Assembly (NCBI GenBank): GCA_950097015.1
Contig: CATNEN010000038.1
Location: 14,198,001 to 14,262,000, forward strand
DNA: 64,000 nucleotides
Direction: 5' to 3'
From: Macrostomum hystrix
Taxonomy: Eukaryota; Animalia; Platyhelminthes
Shown: in pieces, positions 1 to 12,492 of the stretch
Position numbering within the stretch: position 1 is the first letter of the stretch
How the letters are laid out: each line of letters starts with the position of its first letter
Made by a program: the position numbers and the translations under genes
Notes under the pieces: generated by a model
Seen by the model: the letters and a program-made list of their open reading frames with translations, nothing else
Told to the model about the DNA's origin: nothing
Databases searched by the model: none

Positions 1-226
1 ACCCCCGAAACGGTCATTCAGAGCCCAAACGGTTTTCAAATAAAAAACGTGCAGTAAAAGGTTTATAAAAAGTTACTTAACAATGTAACTAGCAAACTGT
101 TCTGTAACCATAGCAACGTATACGCATTTCAATAAATTTCATGTTAGCCTGCTAGATTGATAAAATGAAAAGTCAGGAAACTACAAAGACACGCTTTGGT
201 TAAACGCGCAAACAAATCGAACCGAA

Positions 227-3173
227 TTAACTGTCGCCTCCGCCAGAGAATCTGCCCCGCTTTGAGGGCGGGCCACCGCCGCCACCGCGCCTACCGCCGC
301 CGCGTCCACCTCGGCCACCGCCGCCACGATGACCGCCTCTGTGACCTCCGCGGCCTCCGCGACCTCCGCCGCCGCCGCCGCCCCGGGACTCGTACTGCTG
401 CTGGCGGGCCTGCATCACCAGGCTCCAAATACGCTCCTCATCCTCGCCGGAAGGCACGCTGCCGGTCAGCTCGACGTCGCGAAACTTAAACGAGCCGCCG
501 TTGGCTTCGCAGATCTTCGACCAGGCCGGCGCGGCGGAGTTCTCCTCGCGGAATCTGGCGGGGATTGGGAAAATACCATCGTTTTATAATCCCAATATAA
601 TCTCCTATTGCCTTACGTGTGTGCATGTGCGTGTGGCTGCGGGTCAAGTGCCCCCAAATGATATGCCATTGCTCGCAGCCCTCCTGCAATTATCATCATT
701 ATTATTATTATACCTGGCATAGAGCACGGACTCGTAGAAGTCCAGGTAATTCTCTTTGCCAAACGACTCGCCCAGGGCGGCCCGCAGATCCTGATACAGC
801 TGGGTTAGCTCGGCCTTGTCTGTCGGCTCCTTGACACCGTCTAGACGGAGCAGGCTGCCACGCACTATGCGCGCCTTCAGCTTCTCGCGATCGCTGGCCG
901 CCTTTGCCTCCAGGCGTTTGGCCTCCGCCTCAGCGCGACGCTTCGAATTCTCGAGCCGCTCCTGCTTGGTGCGCTCCTGCGGGTGAGTCAGTGCTTGCTG
1001 GCTGAGGATATGGGACACTGGGATCAGGGCGTGAGCATGGGGATCTGGGAGATTGTGGGATAAGTACGGGGATCTGGGAGATTGTGGGATAAGTACGGGG
1101 ATCTGGGAGATTGTGGGATAAGTACGGGAATCTGGGAGATTGTGGGATAAGCCTGGGGATCTAGAAGATTGTCGGATAAGCCTGGGGATCTGGGAGATTT
1201 TGGGATAAGCCTGGGGATCTGGGAGACTGAGGGATAAGCCTGGGGATCTGGGAGACTGTGGGATAAGCCTGGGGATCTGGGGGACTGTGGGATAAGCCTG
1301 GGGATCTGGGGGACTGTGGGATAAGCCTGGGGATCTGGGAGATTGTGGGATAAGCCTGGGGATCTGGGAGACTGTGGGATAAGCCTGGGATCTGGGAGAT
1401 TGGGATCAGACTGTGAGCCTATGGGAATAGAGTTATCCCTGTAATCCTGGGCCAAACGCCAGGAGACTTGGAGACTGTGGGATCAGAATTTATGCATGGG
1501 GATCTGAGAGACGGGGATCAGTCTGAGGATCTAGAACACTATGGAGTGCGCAAATACAGTGGAAAGTATCGAGTCGACCAATGTTACCTTCTTTCGATCA
1601 AAGTGCTCCTGGCGCCACAGCCGCTCGACTAGAGGCTGTTTGCGAAATTTGACGGGACTAGCCAGAAATTTCTCGGCCGATTCCCTTTCAGCGAATGTGG
1701 CATAGATGCTGCCCTTGAACTTCTTTGTGTTAACGTCTTTGCGCATCTGAATGTGCAGGGTGCGGCCGAACTGTTCAAGGAAGGCCTGAATCTCGTCTAG
1801 GGTGGCGTCCTCTGGGAATACCTTGGCGTACACGGCGGAGTCCTTGTGCTTCAGCACCGCCTCTCTGCGGGCGGTTTTTGGGATGAACGACAGATGAAGA
1901 GACTTTTCTCCTCTTAAAACACCATTTGTGTACGTATAATCTTTACGACCTTCTAGTTTAGTTCTCCCCAAATCCTCACCCTCGCCTTCTAGTTCTTCTT
2001 AAATCCTCATTCTCGCCTTCTAATTCTCCCAAATCATCATTCTAGCCTTCTAGTTCTCCTAAATCCTCATTCTAGCCTTCTAGTTCTCCTAAATCCTCAT
2101 TCTTGCCTTCTAGTTCTCCCAAATCGTCATTCTAGCATTCTAGTTCTCCCAAATCCTCATTCTCGCCTTCTAGTTCTTCTTAAATCCTCATTCTCGCCTT
2201 CTAATTCTCCCAAATCATCATTCTAGCCTTCTAGTTCTCCTAAATCCTCATTCTTCCCTCTAGTTCTCCCAAATCGTCATTCTAGCCTTCTAGTTCTCCC
2301 AAATCGTCATTCTAGCCTTCTAGTTCTCCCAAATCGTCATTCTAGCCTTCTAGTTCTCCTAAATCCTCATTCTCGCCTTCTAATTCTCCCAAATCATCAT
2401 TCTAGCCTTCTAGTTCTCCTTAAATCCTCATTCTCGCCTTCTAATTCTCCCAAATCATCATTCTAGCCTTCTAGTTCTCCTAAATCCTCATTCTTGCCTT
2501 CTAGTTCTCCCAAATCGTCATTCTAGCCTTCTAGTTCTCCCAAATCGTCATTCTAGCCTTCTAGTTCTCCCAAATCGTCATTCTAGCCTTCTAGTTCTCC
2601 TAAATCCTCATTCTCGCCTTCTAGTTCTCCCAAATCGTCATTCTAGCATTCTAGTTCTCCCAAATCCTCATTTTAGCCTTCTAGTTCTCCTTAAATCCCC
2701 ATTCTCACCTTTTAGGTCTCCCTAATCCTCATTCTAGCCTTCTAATTCTCCCGAATCCTCATTCTCGCCTTCTAGTTCCCCAAATCCTCATTCTCACCTT
2801 CTAGTTCTCCCCATCTTAAATCCTCATTATCGCCTGCCAGTTCTCCTTAAATCAAATAGCACAGTCCACAGCCTCACCTGAATGACTCGGGCAGTGGAAC
2901 GCTGGCCAATCGCCTCACTTTCGTCTCATCCTCGCTGAGCTCAACCAACTCCGATTTAACAGCCTTGAGTGCGGCCACAATATTATCGGCATTCTCGGCT
3001 AGCACGTTGAGTCGCTTAAATTTGAGCATAGTGTCCAGGCTAAACCAGCCATCGTCCGCTTTCAACTGCTCCTGCATAAACTTGTCCTTCGGCAGGTTAA
3101 TGTCGCCGAAGTAGTACTCCAGTTGCTGAACAATCTTGCTGGACTTGGCCTCCGCCTGTACGTTTTCTGACAT
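227..3173 (-). CDS. SSB: Lupus La protein (La motif + RRM1 + RRM2 + RGG-rich tail), 4 coding exons, ~387 aa
   Basis: Exons 3173-2878, 1864-1588, 976-714 and 554-227 are joined by GT-AG introns with consistent phases (2,0,2). La motif KIVQQLEYYFGDINLPKDKF...GWFSLDTMLKFKRL; RRM1 VYAKVFP...FKGSIYATF; C-terminal RGG repeats and basic PPSKRGR. Confidence 0.92.
1035..1400. repeat. 29-bp G-rich minisatellite (TGTGGGATAAGCCTGGGGATCTGGGAGAT) in La intron 2
   Basis: Direct tandem periodicity of 29 nt; explains the spurious ORF 1024..1455. Confidence 0.93.
1945..2850. repeat. ~30-bp minisatellite (AAATCCTCATTCTAGCCTTCTAGTTCTCCC) filling La intron 1
   Basis: Tandem 30-31 nt units visible directly. Confidence 0.94.
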
Positions 3174-3233
3174 GACTGCCCGGGCTAGCTGAAATCAATG
3201 CGGGGAGAAGTAATTCAGTTTTTTTTTACTTTT

Positions 3234-4924
3234 AGAAACAGGTGTGAATAGAACCCACTATAAATGAACAGGTGTGAATAGAACTCACTATAAAGAAACA
3301 GGTGTGAATAGAACCCACTTTAAAGGAACAGGTGTGAACAGAACCCACTATAAATGAACAGGTGTGAATAGAACCCACTATAAATGAACAGGTGTGAATA
3401 GAACCCACTATAAATGAACAGGTGTGAATAGAACCCACTATAAGTGAACAGGTGTGAATAGAACCCACTATAAAGGAACAGGTGTGAATAGAACTCACTA
3501 TAAAGAAACAGGTGTGAATAGAACCCACTTTAAAGGAACAGGTGTGAACAGAACCCACTATAAATGAACAGGTGTGAATAGAACCCACTATAAATGAACA
3601 GGTGTGAATAGAACCCACTATAAATGAACAGGTGTGAATAGAACCCACTATAAGTGAACAGGTGTGAATAGAACCCACTATAAATGAACAGGTGTGAATA
3701 GAACCCACTATAAGTGAACAGGTGTGAATAGAACCCACTATAAGTGAACAGGTGTGAATAGAACCCACTATAAGTGAACAGGTGTGAATAGAACCCACTA
3801 TAAGTGAACAGGTGTGAATAGAACCCACTATAAATGAACAGGTGTGAATAGAACCCACTATAAGTGAACAGGTGTGAATAGAACCCACTATTAATGAACA
3901 GGTGTGAATAGAACCCACTATAAGTGAACAGGTGTGAATAGAACCCACTATAAGTGAACAGATGTGAATAGAACCCACTATAAATGAACAGGTGTGAATA
4001 GAACCCACTATAAGTGAACAGGTGTGAATAGAACCCACTATAAATGAACAGGTGTGAATAGAACCCACTATAAGTGAACAGGTGTGAATAGAACCCACTA
4101 TAAATGAACAGGTGTGAATAGAACCCACTATAAGTGAACAGGTGTGAATAGAACCCACTATAAGTGAACAGGTGTGAATAGAACCCACTATAAATGAACA
4201 GGTGTGAATAGAACCCACTATAAGTGAACAGGTGTGAATAGAACCCACTATAAATGAACAGGTGTGAATAGAACCCACTATAAGTGAACAGGTGTGAATA
4301 GAACCCACTATAAGTGAACAGGTGTGAATAGAACCCACTATAAATGAACAGGTGTGAATAGAACCCACTATAAATGAACAGGTGTGAATAGAACCCACTA
4401 TAAATGAACAGGTGTGAATAGAACCCACTATAAATGAACAGGTGTGAATAGAACCCACTATAAATGAACAGGTGTGAATAGAACCCACTATAAATGAACA
4501 GGTGTGAATAGAACCCACTATAAATGAACAGGTGTGAATAGAACCCACTATAAATGAACAGGTGTGAATAGAACCCACTATAAATGAACAGGTGTGAATA
4601 GAACCCACTATAAGTGAACAGGTGTGAATAGAACCCACTATAAATGAACAGGTGTGAATAGAACCCACTATAAGTGAACAGGTGTGAATAGAACCCACTA
4701 TAAGTGAACAGGTGTGAATAGAACCCACTATAAATGAACAGGTGTGAATAGAACCCACTATAAATGAACAGGTGTGAATAGAACCCACTATAAATGAACA
4801 GGTGTGAATAGAACCCACTATAAATGAACAGGTGTGAATAGAACCCACTATAAGTGAACAGGTGTGAATAGAACCCACTATAAAGGAACAGGTGTGAATA
4901 GAACACACTATAAATGAACAGGTG
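3234..4924. repeat. 30-bp minisatellite (GGTGTGAATAGAACCCACTATAAATGAACA), about 56 units
   Basis: Exact 30-nt period, mostly varying at one A/G position, with no spacers. ORFs 3232..4908 and 3530..4906 are repeat translations. Confidence 0.96.
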
Positions 4925-5854
4925 ACAGGTGTGAATATCTACCTAAAAACACAGAATATTCTTTGGTAATTAAAAGCATTAAATGAGTAAAAACATGATG
5001 GCACGAACACTTAATTAGGCCCAGTAACAACTTGTCTTAGTTTATATCGGATAGTTAAAACGGAAAATAGAAGCAGAGCGGAGTAGGCAGTGCAGATTGA
5101 TTAGAGACATTGTCTCGGTGTAGTTCCGTCAGTATAGAGGAATATTTATTCATGCCTCTCGCAGCTAAAACCTAGAAGTGTCAGTGCAGAATGTCAGCCG
5201 GACAGGTAAAGATAAGCGTAACCGTTTTCTCAATCATTGGCGATTTTGATAGAGCAAAGCACGTCAAACTATTGAGGGGATGCCAGGGTAGTAAAAACAC
5301 AAAAGAGGGTTAGTTATGGCTGTAGCAAGTTGTTAATGACGTTAAATGATGCCTTTTGACCAAATTTCTGGCATAGTTAATAGATTTCTTTGTCTTCTTT
5401 TGCGATAGTTCTACCGAAATTTGGTCAATCAGAAAAAAAAAGAAAAAAAACGAATCCAATAAAATCTTATGAAACTTCACACCAAAAAATGTCAAGATTT
5501 GGACAAGTTTTTTCGGACAAAAGCAATTAAAAATTAACTTTTTCTTTTTTTGAAAACTCAAAAATCTCAAAATACGTTTTCATCCAGGGCAGAAAATGAC
5601 GCGTGTGATTTGAGACAAGAAAACGATATAGACCAATTTAATAACAGTCGATGAATAAGTTCTGAATAAATAAATGGGTCATAAATTTTTAATAAAGGAT
5701 CCTGCTTTCAGCTTTCTTAAAGAACTGAAAATTAAAACAAAGCACAGCAATGACCCCAGCAGTGCACGGGACAACACAGATAATAGTTAAACTTTAGTTT
5801 CGACATTGTTATCGATTTTGACCCTTCGCTTCTTCTATACAGACTGCGGCCTCA

Positions 5855-6583
5855 TTAATCCTTGCGCTTCTTGCGCTGTCGTTCCTCGCCATTGCCCTGC
5901 AGTTTCATCATCAGCACTAGGACCACGCGAAACACTTCGATAATGTCCAGGAATAGGTCCAGGCAGTGCGAGATGTAATCCTTGTCGCCCATGCGAGCCA
6001 GTTCCACAATCTTCTGCGTGTCGTAGACTAAGAAGGCGCAGAAGACCAACAGCGTCAGCTTCAGTGTCAGGTCGAAGATGAATGGCGAACGGGCAAAGAT
6101 GTTGACAAGGCTCAGTAGGAGCAGCAAGGTCAAGCCGGAGGCTAGCGGGCCAGCCAGGAACATCATCCAGCGACTGGTCTTAGCCAGTAGGGCGGCGCCG
6201 CAGAATGAGATGGTCACCACCAGGGTGACAATGATGGCGTTGACCAGAATGCTGGGATCCATGTCTATGGCCAGACCAATTAGTGGGGCCAGGCCAGAGC
6301 CGGACAGAGCGCAGAAGGCGGCGAAGATTGCGTGCCTCTGCGGACCGAAATTGTCGCGAGTGCTGTGGATGTAGAACAGCAGGCCCAGGCTAACTAGGGC
6401 GGCAACTAGGCCGTACATGGGCACCAGGAACATGCCAATGTAGGCGCCGGCAGCGGCGGCCAACAGGCCCATGGCCAGGCACGAATAGACGCGCTGCAGA
6501 TGAGCGCACACCTGTGGCTCCAGGTGGGACAGATCAAACAGGCCATTCAAGGTAACTCGAGGTCGGTTTAGCAGGGTGTCCAT
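5855..6583 (-). CDS. TMBIM6: Bax inhibitor-1 (TMBIM family), single coding exon, 242 aa
   Basis: HLQRVYSCL...AAAGAY, multiple TM helices, FLVYDTQKIVE and GDKDYISHCLDLFLD di-aspartate region, basic C-terminal tail RQRKKRKD. Splice acceptor (CCCCTTCAG) ~25 nt upstream of the ATG. Confidence 0.93.
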   Translation of the reverse strand: MDTLLNRPRVTLNGLFDLSHLEPQVCAHLQRVYSCLAMGLLAAAAGAYIGMFLVPMYGLVAALVSLGLLFYIHSTRDNFGPQRHAIFAAFCALSGSGLAPLIGLAIDMDPSILVNAIIVTLVVTISFCGAALLAKTSRWMMFLAGPLASGLTLLLLLSLVNIFARSPFIFDLTLKLTLLVFCAFLVYDTQKIVELARMGDKDYISHCLDLFLDIIEVFRVVLVLMMKLQGNGEERQRKKRKD

Positions 6584-6742
6584 CGGTGTTTTTGTTGCAG
6601 TTTAAGATCTGAAGGGGAGTATGGTTAGACTTGTTTTCTTTGATTTTATTAAGGCTACATAAATAAAAAAACTATTCACCTTGTGTCTGTAAAATGCAAA
6701 ACTATTTTTAATAAATTTAAAGCTCTATTAACAGTTCTATTC

Positions 6743-7168
6743 ATGAATAATTATGCCTTAATTGAAAACCAAGTCATTTTCTTGATCATTTTTATTAAGT
6801 GAAAATGATTTTTCTAAGGGAGTGATGATATTTAACTCAGTTTTAGCAAGAATGGAATGTTGCCACTCTAAACTAAAAAAAAACAATAAGCTTTTTAGCT
6901 AGATTTTTATTTATTTAGTTAGTTAGTTAAATAAGTTTAGTTGAATTAGTTTAATTTAGTTGAATAATTATGCCTTAATTGAAAACCAAGTCATTTTCTT
7001 GATCATTTTTATTAAGTGAAAATTTAAGCATTGTGGCAAAGTGATTTTTCTAAGGGAGTGATGATATTTAACTCAGTTTTAGCAAGAATGGAATGTTGCC
7101 ACTCTAAACTTAAAAATAACAATAAGCTTTTTAGCTAGATTTTTTATTTATTTAGTTAGTTAGTTAGA
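6743..7168. repeat. ~190-bp near-tandem direct duplication upstream of the BI-1 CDS
   Basis: TGAATAATTATGCCTTAATTGAAAACC...TTAGTTAG occurs at ~6743-6930 and ~6961-7168; the second copy has a short insertion. Confidence 0.85.
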
Positions 7169-10100
7169 ACACATGTATGAATATATGTATGTATTTTTTA
7201 CAAAAAGAGCTAACCTATAAAATATGATTAGCACAATTATTACTTAAGTCCCAAAGTAATTTTTAGGGACATGAGAATTTCCACCTAGTAATAATTCTAG
7301 AAGATGAAGGAATAACTTTATAGTTCAAAATGTCTTAGGATCCCCAATTGGAGTTTATAAACCATGTGACTAACTATAGAAATCAGTTGACAATCTGCAG
7401 ATAAAGTATACAATGAACTTTTGGAGAGTATGTAAAGTTAAACTGAAACAAAACATTTAAAGCACATAATATACTAACTAAGCAGGCATTTAGTAACTGA
7501 TGTAGATGATCTCTAAGTTACATTTCTTAGAAATTTACCATTCAAGATTTTAGTTTTACACTATAACATTTGCTAAAATGTAAATAATTAGTTTTACTGT
7601 ATACAAGAATAGCTTTGGTGCCCTCCTCTACTGCATTAGGCACTATTAAACCCAGTTTAAAAAAAAGACTGACCAAGACTTTTCAGAACTGTCTGACCAA
7701 ACTACTGACTTTTTGTTACCATTAAACATGTTTTTTGTCATTATCTGTCATTTGCAAACAAAAAATAATATAACAAATGGAAGTAAAACATTGCTGAAGC
7801 TTTAAGTCCGTAAATTACAAAATAACAAAACTTCTGAAATAAATAAAAAATCTTTCTTAAGTGCTATGAACATAGCATAATTGTTTATTTCTTTAATAAA
7901 CTTGCCTTTGTTTTTTGCTTACAATTTGAGGCCAAAATAATGTAATGTGGGAAACTAGGAAATAGCCATAAAACTTAATATGCTTGCAAATGTTTTTGTC
8001 CCATGTAGTGCTAAAGTAGGCCCTACAATAAAATGGATTGGACTTGATTCTCTAAAGGGTATATCCACAGGTTTTCCAAATCTATTCCAACAGTGTTGCT
8101 TAGGAAAATTGGTAGGCCTAGCTTAGTGGCAGTTGCTCTACATTATCTACATTTTTAATGGCCAGCTTTTTCATTAAATGTGAGCTCCTAGATAGGAAGC
8201 CACAGCCAGAGTGAAGAATGACTAAAAACTTTGATAAATGTATATTATAATCTAATTATATTAGTAAGATAGACCTATGGCCTAGTCTGTAAGAGCCTGC
8301 TAAAAACTCTATAAAGGAAAGTACAAAGTTTAAATTTTGTGAATAGAACTACACTAAACTAAACAGATAGCTAGCAGGATTAGGCCTAGTGCTAGTTAAA
8401 AATAAATAGTTATCATAAAAACTAAAAATCTATAAAACAGCAGGCCAATTCTGAATACTTAACTTAAGTAGGGCCTACAAGCGTGATTTTAGAAGTCTAT
8501 TTAAATTGCAAGCAATGGTTCCTTATAGCTTTAAGCAAAATAGCATAATATAATGGGAAGTACTAGTAGCTGTAGCTAACTGATACTAAGGTCCAGTAAC
8601 TCGATAATTAAAAGTCTATGCATATCTATTACATTTACATACGAAAATATGTCAGCGAAACATGAAAAGCCTTCCCAGCCCTTAAACAATCATACCTATT
8701 TATTTGCGCAATAAGGTACGGTCCAGTTAATAAATATTCGTTTTACGTGTAAGAAGACACTAGATTATAGAAAGAAATGATGATTGTTTGAAAAGTATAT
8801 GAAACATTTTAAAATATATATAGTTCTCGCACCAACTTGCTATGTATATAGTAGCAAAAAAATGTTCAATCGTGTATATTTTGTTTAGCCGTTGATTTTA
8901 ACGATTTATGTTAAATCCGAGGTAGAAGTAAGTTAATGCTTTTTCTATCGATGACAAAGTTGGCAAAAAATCTCAATGTCATACTGTAAAGGATACTGTG
9001 AGACAGCGACAGCTGTCTTACACTCCGTCGCCTTGCAGAATGAATATTTAGCTCAAGAACTAGCTAATTCCTTCCAAACGCGATTTTAGAAGGAACGCGG
9101 TTCTGCTGCGATTCTTCCTTGATTCGATTCTTGCAGGTACGTATTGCATCTACAGCCGAACCCAGCCGAGCCGAGCCGAGCTGAGCATCTAGTCTAAAGC
9201 ACCTTTAAAAAATGCATCTGAAAAGAATGTGACTATAGAATGCATCTAAACCTAATTCTTATCAATGTGTGTCGCGAACGCTTGACTTATAGCTGCTTAC
9301 GCAAATAGCATGTCGTAAATTTCCGCGAAAGAAGCTCGTACTTCCACATATTGGACTGTATATCCAAATATAATCTACAAAGCTAGTTTGTCGCATTGAG
9401 CGGCGCTCATGTTTACGCTTTCGAAAATAGCATGGGTCCTTTCACAAGTCCTGTTGTAAATTGTTGGATTTTAGCACAACTGAATTTAAGATTTAAAATG
9501 TTATGGAATAAGTTCTAAAATTTATGAAGTTATTAAATTAATAAAGCACAGGAGAGTTTCATACAAGCGCTGAAAACCAACCACCATGCAGCAGGTTCTG
9601 ATCCTAATGGAAAAGTGGATCAGGCCTCATTCTAAAAGGCACTCGCCTTCTGATGGTTCGGTAGACTAGCTGTTCTCTAGCGTCAGGAGTTAAAGAGTAG
9701 TTTTAGTGACTTAAAGTTCAACCACTTCGTGCGGTTCGACTAGACTCGATAATTAAAACCCTAAAGAATAGGTGCTTTACGACCAATTGATGTCGCATGT
9801 CGGTGATGTCAGTTCTTTAAAATGGATGCCACACCCACTTGCTTTATGTAGAGCCAGAGTTACGCGCGCACGCCGTGATAGCATGACCTTGACCTGTTTA
9901 GCAGACAGCCGGATCACGTGGTTTCTGTTGTGCATTGCAAATACATGATGCATTTATACATACGTGCTGGGAATCGTTCGGGGTTTCTAGAAACTTCTGG
10001 CGTATGGCTTGTTTACGCGTATTTCCCGAAGTTTCCCCTCTTTCTTATAGAACTTTTGTAATAAAATGAATGTCCTAGCTGGAGCGTGAGGAATTTAAAG

Positions 10101-11616
10101 CTAGCGACTATTCACTATTCACCGGGGTCGGTGTCCTACCAATCGTTTCAATAGCAGCAGGGAAATCTGGAATTAAATAGCGTTAGAGGCTGTGGTAGCG
10201 AGCGAAGCGGAATAGATAAGCGATGAGACCCGCGTGTCGTCCTCCGGCCCGGCGAAACTCTCAATGAAAAAGAATAACACAGTATGAACACGAAGACTCG
10301 AATAAATTGATTGGGAGTGATTTAATCAGTTGTGACTCGCTAAGATTCCAGATAAGAATAGGAATTGGTTTGAATCTAGTTTACTTGCTGAACTTGATTT
10401 AAAAGTTACACCGACAGAATGAGGATGTTCACACGGACATAACTTATAGCGCGCTCACAGTGAAAAGCAAATTTTGGTCTAACAAATTGGATATAACAAT
10501 TTTACTTAAACTGGCTTAATCCGCGCCCTACTCTTCCCGAGAGGCTCCGGTTGTCTCTGCTTTCAGCGCTGCCCCGACAGATCCTATCGGTTGGCACTCC
10601 TTCTGCCTGACGGCGGAGTCTCCGAAGAGAGCACGTACTGACTTCGACAACAAGCGCCATCTAGACCACCCTTGTCAGCGGCGCACTCTCAAGACGCGTA
10701 GCGCCGAAAGCTACCTAACTGAACAAGTGGAGCGTGGTCGGGCGGGGAGAGACAAAACAAAGTGGACAAGTTTGCACGTGCTTCCCACAGTGTGAGGCGA
10801 ATTGCGGAGAACGATAAAAGTCACTGCAAAAACACGCTTCCTTTTATAGAGTCATGTTAACCCCAAATCAGGTCGATCGGCGAGGTGGATGCCTGGCTGT
10901 AGCTTGAGCCAAGGCGACAAATCACAGTAGACTTGTGACCGCCGTTCTGAGCCCCAGGGTAGCTTCTTGCCGAGGGTAGACAGGTAGTGAGGCCAGGTCG
11001 CTCGCTGATTGGCCGGGACTGTAGCCCAGGGGTAGCGCTCGCGGGGTGGTGGGCGTCCGTTCCCCCGGCTTGGCGTTGGTGATTTTTCGCAAAAAACACG
11101 TGTCTAAAAATAAGTATTGAATAACAACACGGGGAGTTAGACGGGCAAACAAGCTGACACTACACTTTCTTCCCCCGCGCGTATATACGAGCCCTCCCTT
11201 CCTATTGGCCAATCGTCCCTTTTCACGCCTACCCACAGACTTGGCTCTTTGTTCCAGTGCCACTGGCACAAGGATAAACCACTTGTGTTTCTGTGTGAAT
11301 TATTTCCACAACGGAACAGTTTAAATCGCTTTGCGGCGATTCGTTGGGACGGGAGTGGGGTGGGTGCGCGCCTGAGACAAAAAAATATTTATGACCGCAG
11401 AGGGAGGTGGGTGCAAGATTACACAATAATATTTATGGCAGGAGAATAAAGGGGTTCGGGTATAGTATAGAATAGCATCCTATATAGGAACGGTATTCTA
11501 CCCGTACCGTCTGCCTTGCAGACTTTAAACACAATGGCATCTTGCGGAAAATCTGCAAGACTGCAGCTATATGTCTGGATCTGTCTGGACGGCGCATGGA
11601 AGCATTTTTAAGCCTG

Positions 11617-11696
11617 ATATCAGGCCCCTTTATCAGGCCCCTTTATCAGGCCCATTTATCAGGCCCCTTTATCAGACCCCTTTATCAGGCCCCTTT
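11617..11696. repeat. Short tandem repeat (ATCAGGCCCCTTT)n
   Basis: About six 13-14 nt units. Confidence 0.85.
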
Positions 11697-11724
11697 AAGG
11701 TACTACACCGGTCGCCGCTTACAC

Positions 11725-11772
11725 TCACCCTCAAGTCGTTAGTCCGACGCCCTAACCACTAGGCTACAACCT
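11725..11772 (-). mobile_element. Fragment of tRNA-derived SINE head (family 1)
   Basis: Reverse complement matches GGTTGTAGCCTAGTGGTCAGGGCGTCGGACTCACGACTTGA of the copy at 18088. Confidence 0.7.
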
Positions 11773-12492
11773 CTCTATGAGTGTACATACATATATAAAA
11801 TGCTAGCTTGCTCGTAGATGTATTTTTTATATCCAATTAATAAAATTTTATGTACTGCTCAATTGTTCTTGTAATTATTTGTAGCAATTGCCTTGAGGTG
11901 GTCCTTTATTATCGCTGCTTGTGTGCCCAACAGAAAACAACACCGAGACTATTCTGTGAGTTTCTTTCCAGTGAATTACATTCACAAGCCTGTTCAGATT
12001 AAACCGGTTAGGTCTGCGTTGGGTCGAAGAAGTGGTTCTATGTTTTGAACAATTACATGTGCTTGCAGGAGATTTCTCTACCCAGCTTTGTGTTAACCCT
12101 GCAGTCAAGCAAACCCAGAGAAAGCCTTAGAATGGTTTGGGTCACTAAAGCATCTTGAATAGACTGCACGACTAAGCGAGCGTCATATTTTAGGGCTTAT
12201 TGTTTTCAGATTGAAGCGATGTAAAATAACAATATAATAGCGCGCGCTGCTTTGAACACAATGTCTTCACGTGGGGCAGCAATGCTCACTATTCTATTAA
12301 AGTCTCCTATCCAATCTGGCCCCTTCGCACAGAAAGGCTTCATTATTTTTTTCTAAAAATAGTTAACTAGCAAGAGGTTGCAGTACAGTTATCTGCACAA
12401 GCACAAGAAAGTTGAAACAGGTCAAAACTGGCAAACATTTACAGTCAAGGACCGGCAATAAGTTTTATTCAGCATTGCTACAGGGTGACATA

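Noticed and set aside
196-834. Plus-strand ORFs over the La 3' exons
   Set aside because: Antisense shadows of GC-rich coding sequence.
3234-4924. CRISPR-like array or 558/458-aa repeat proteins
   Set aside because: Head-to-tail 30-bp units with no unique spacers and no cas genes, in a eukaryotic context; the ORFs are stop-free satellite translations.
12412-12492. TTG-initiated N-terminal extension of MT1
   Set aside because: Eukaryotic gene; the ATG at 12493 gives a typical short tail before the TM and the same length as MT3.
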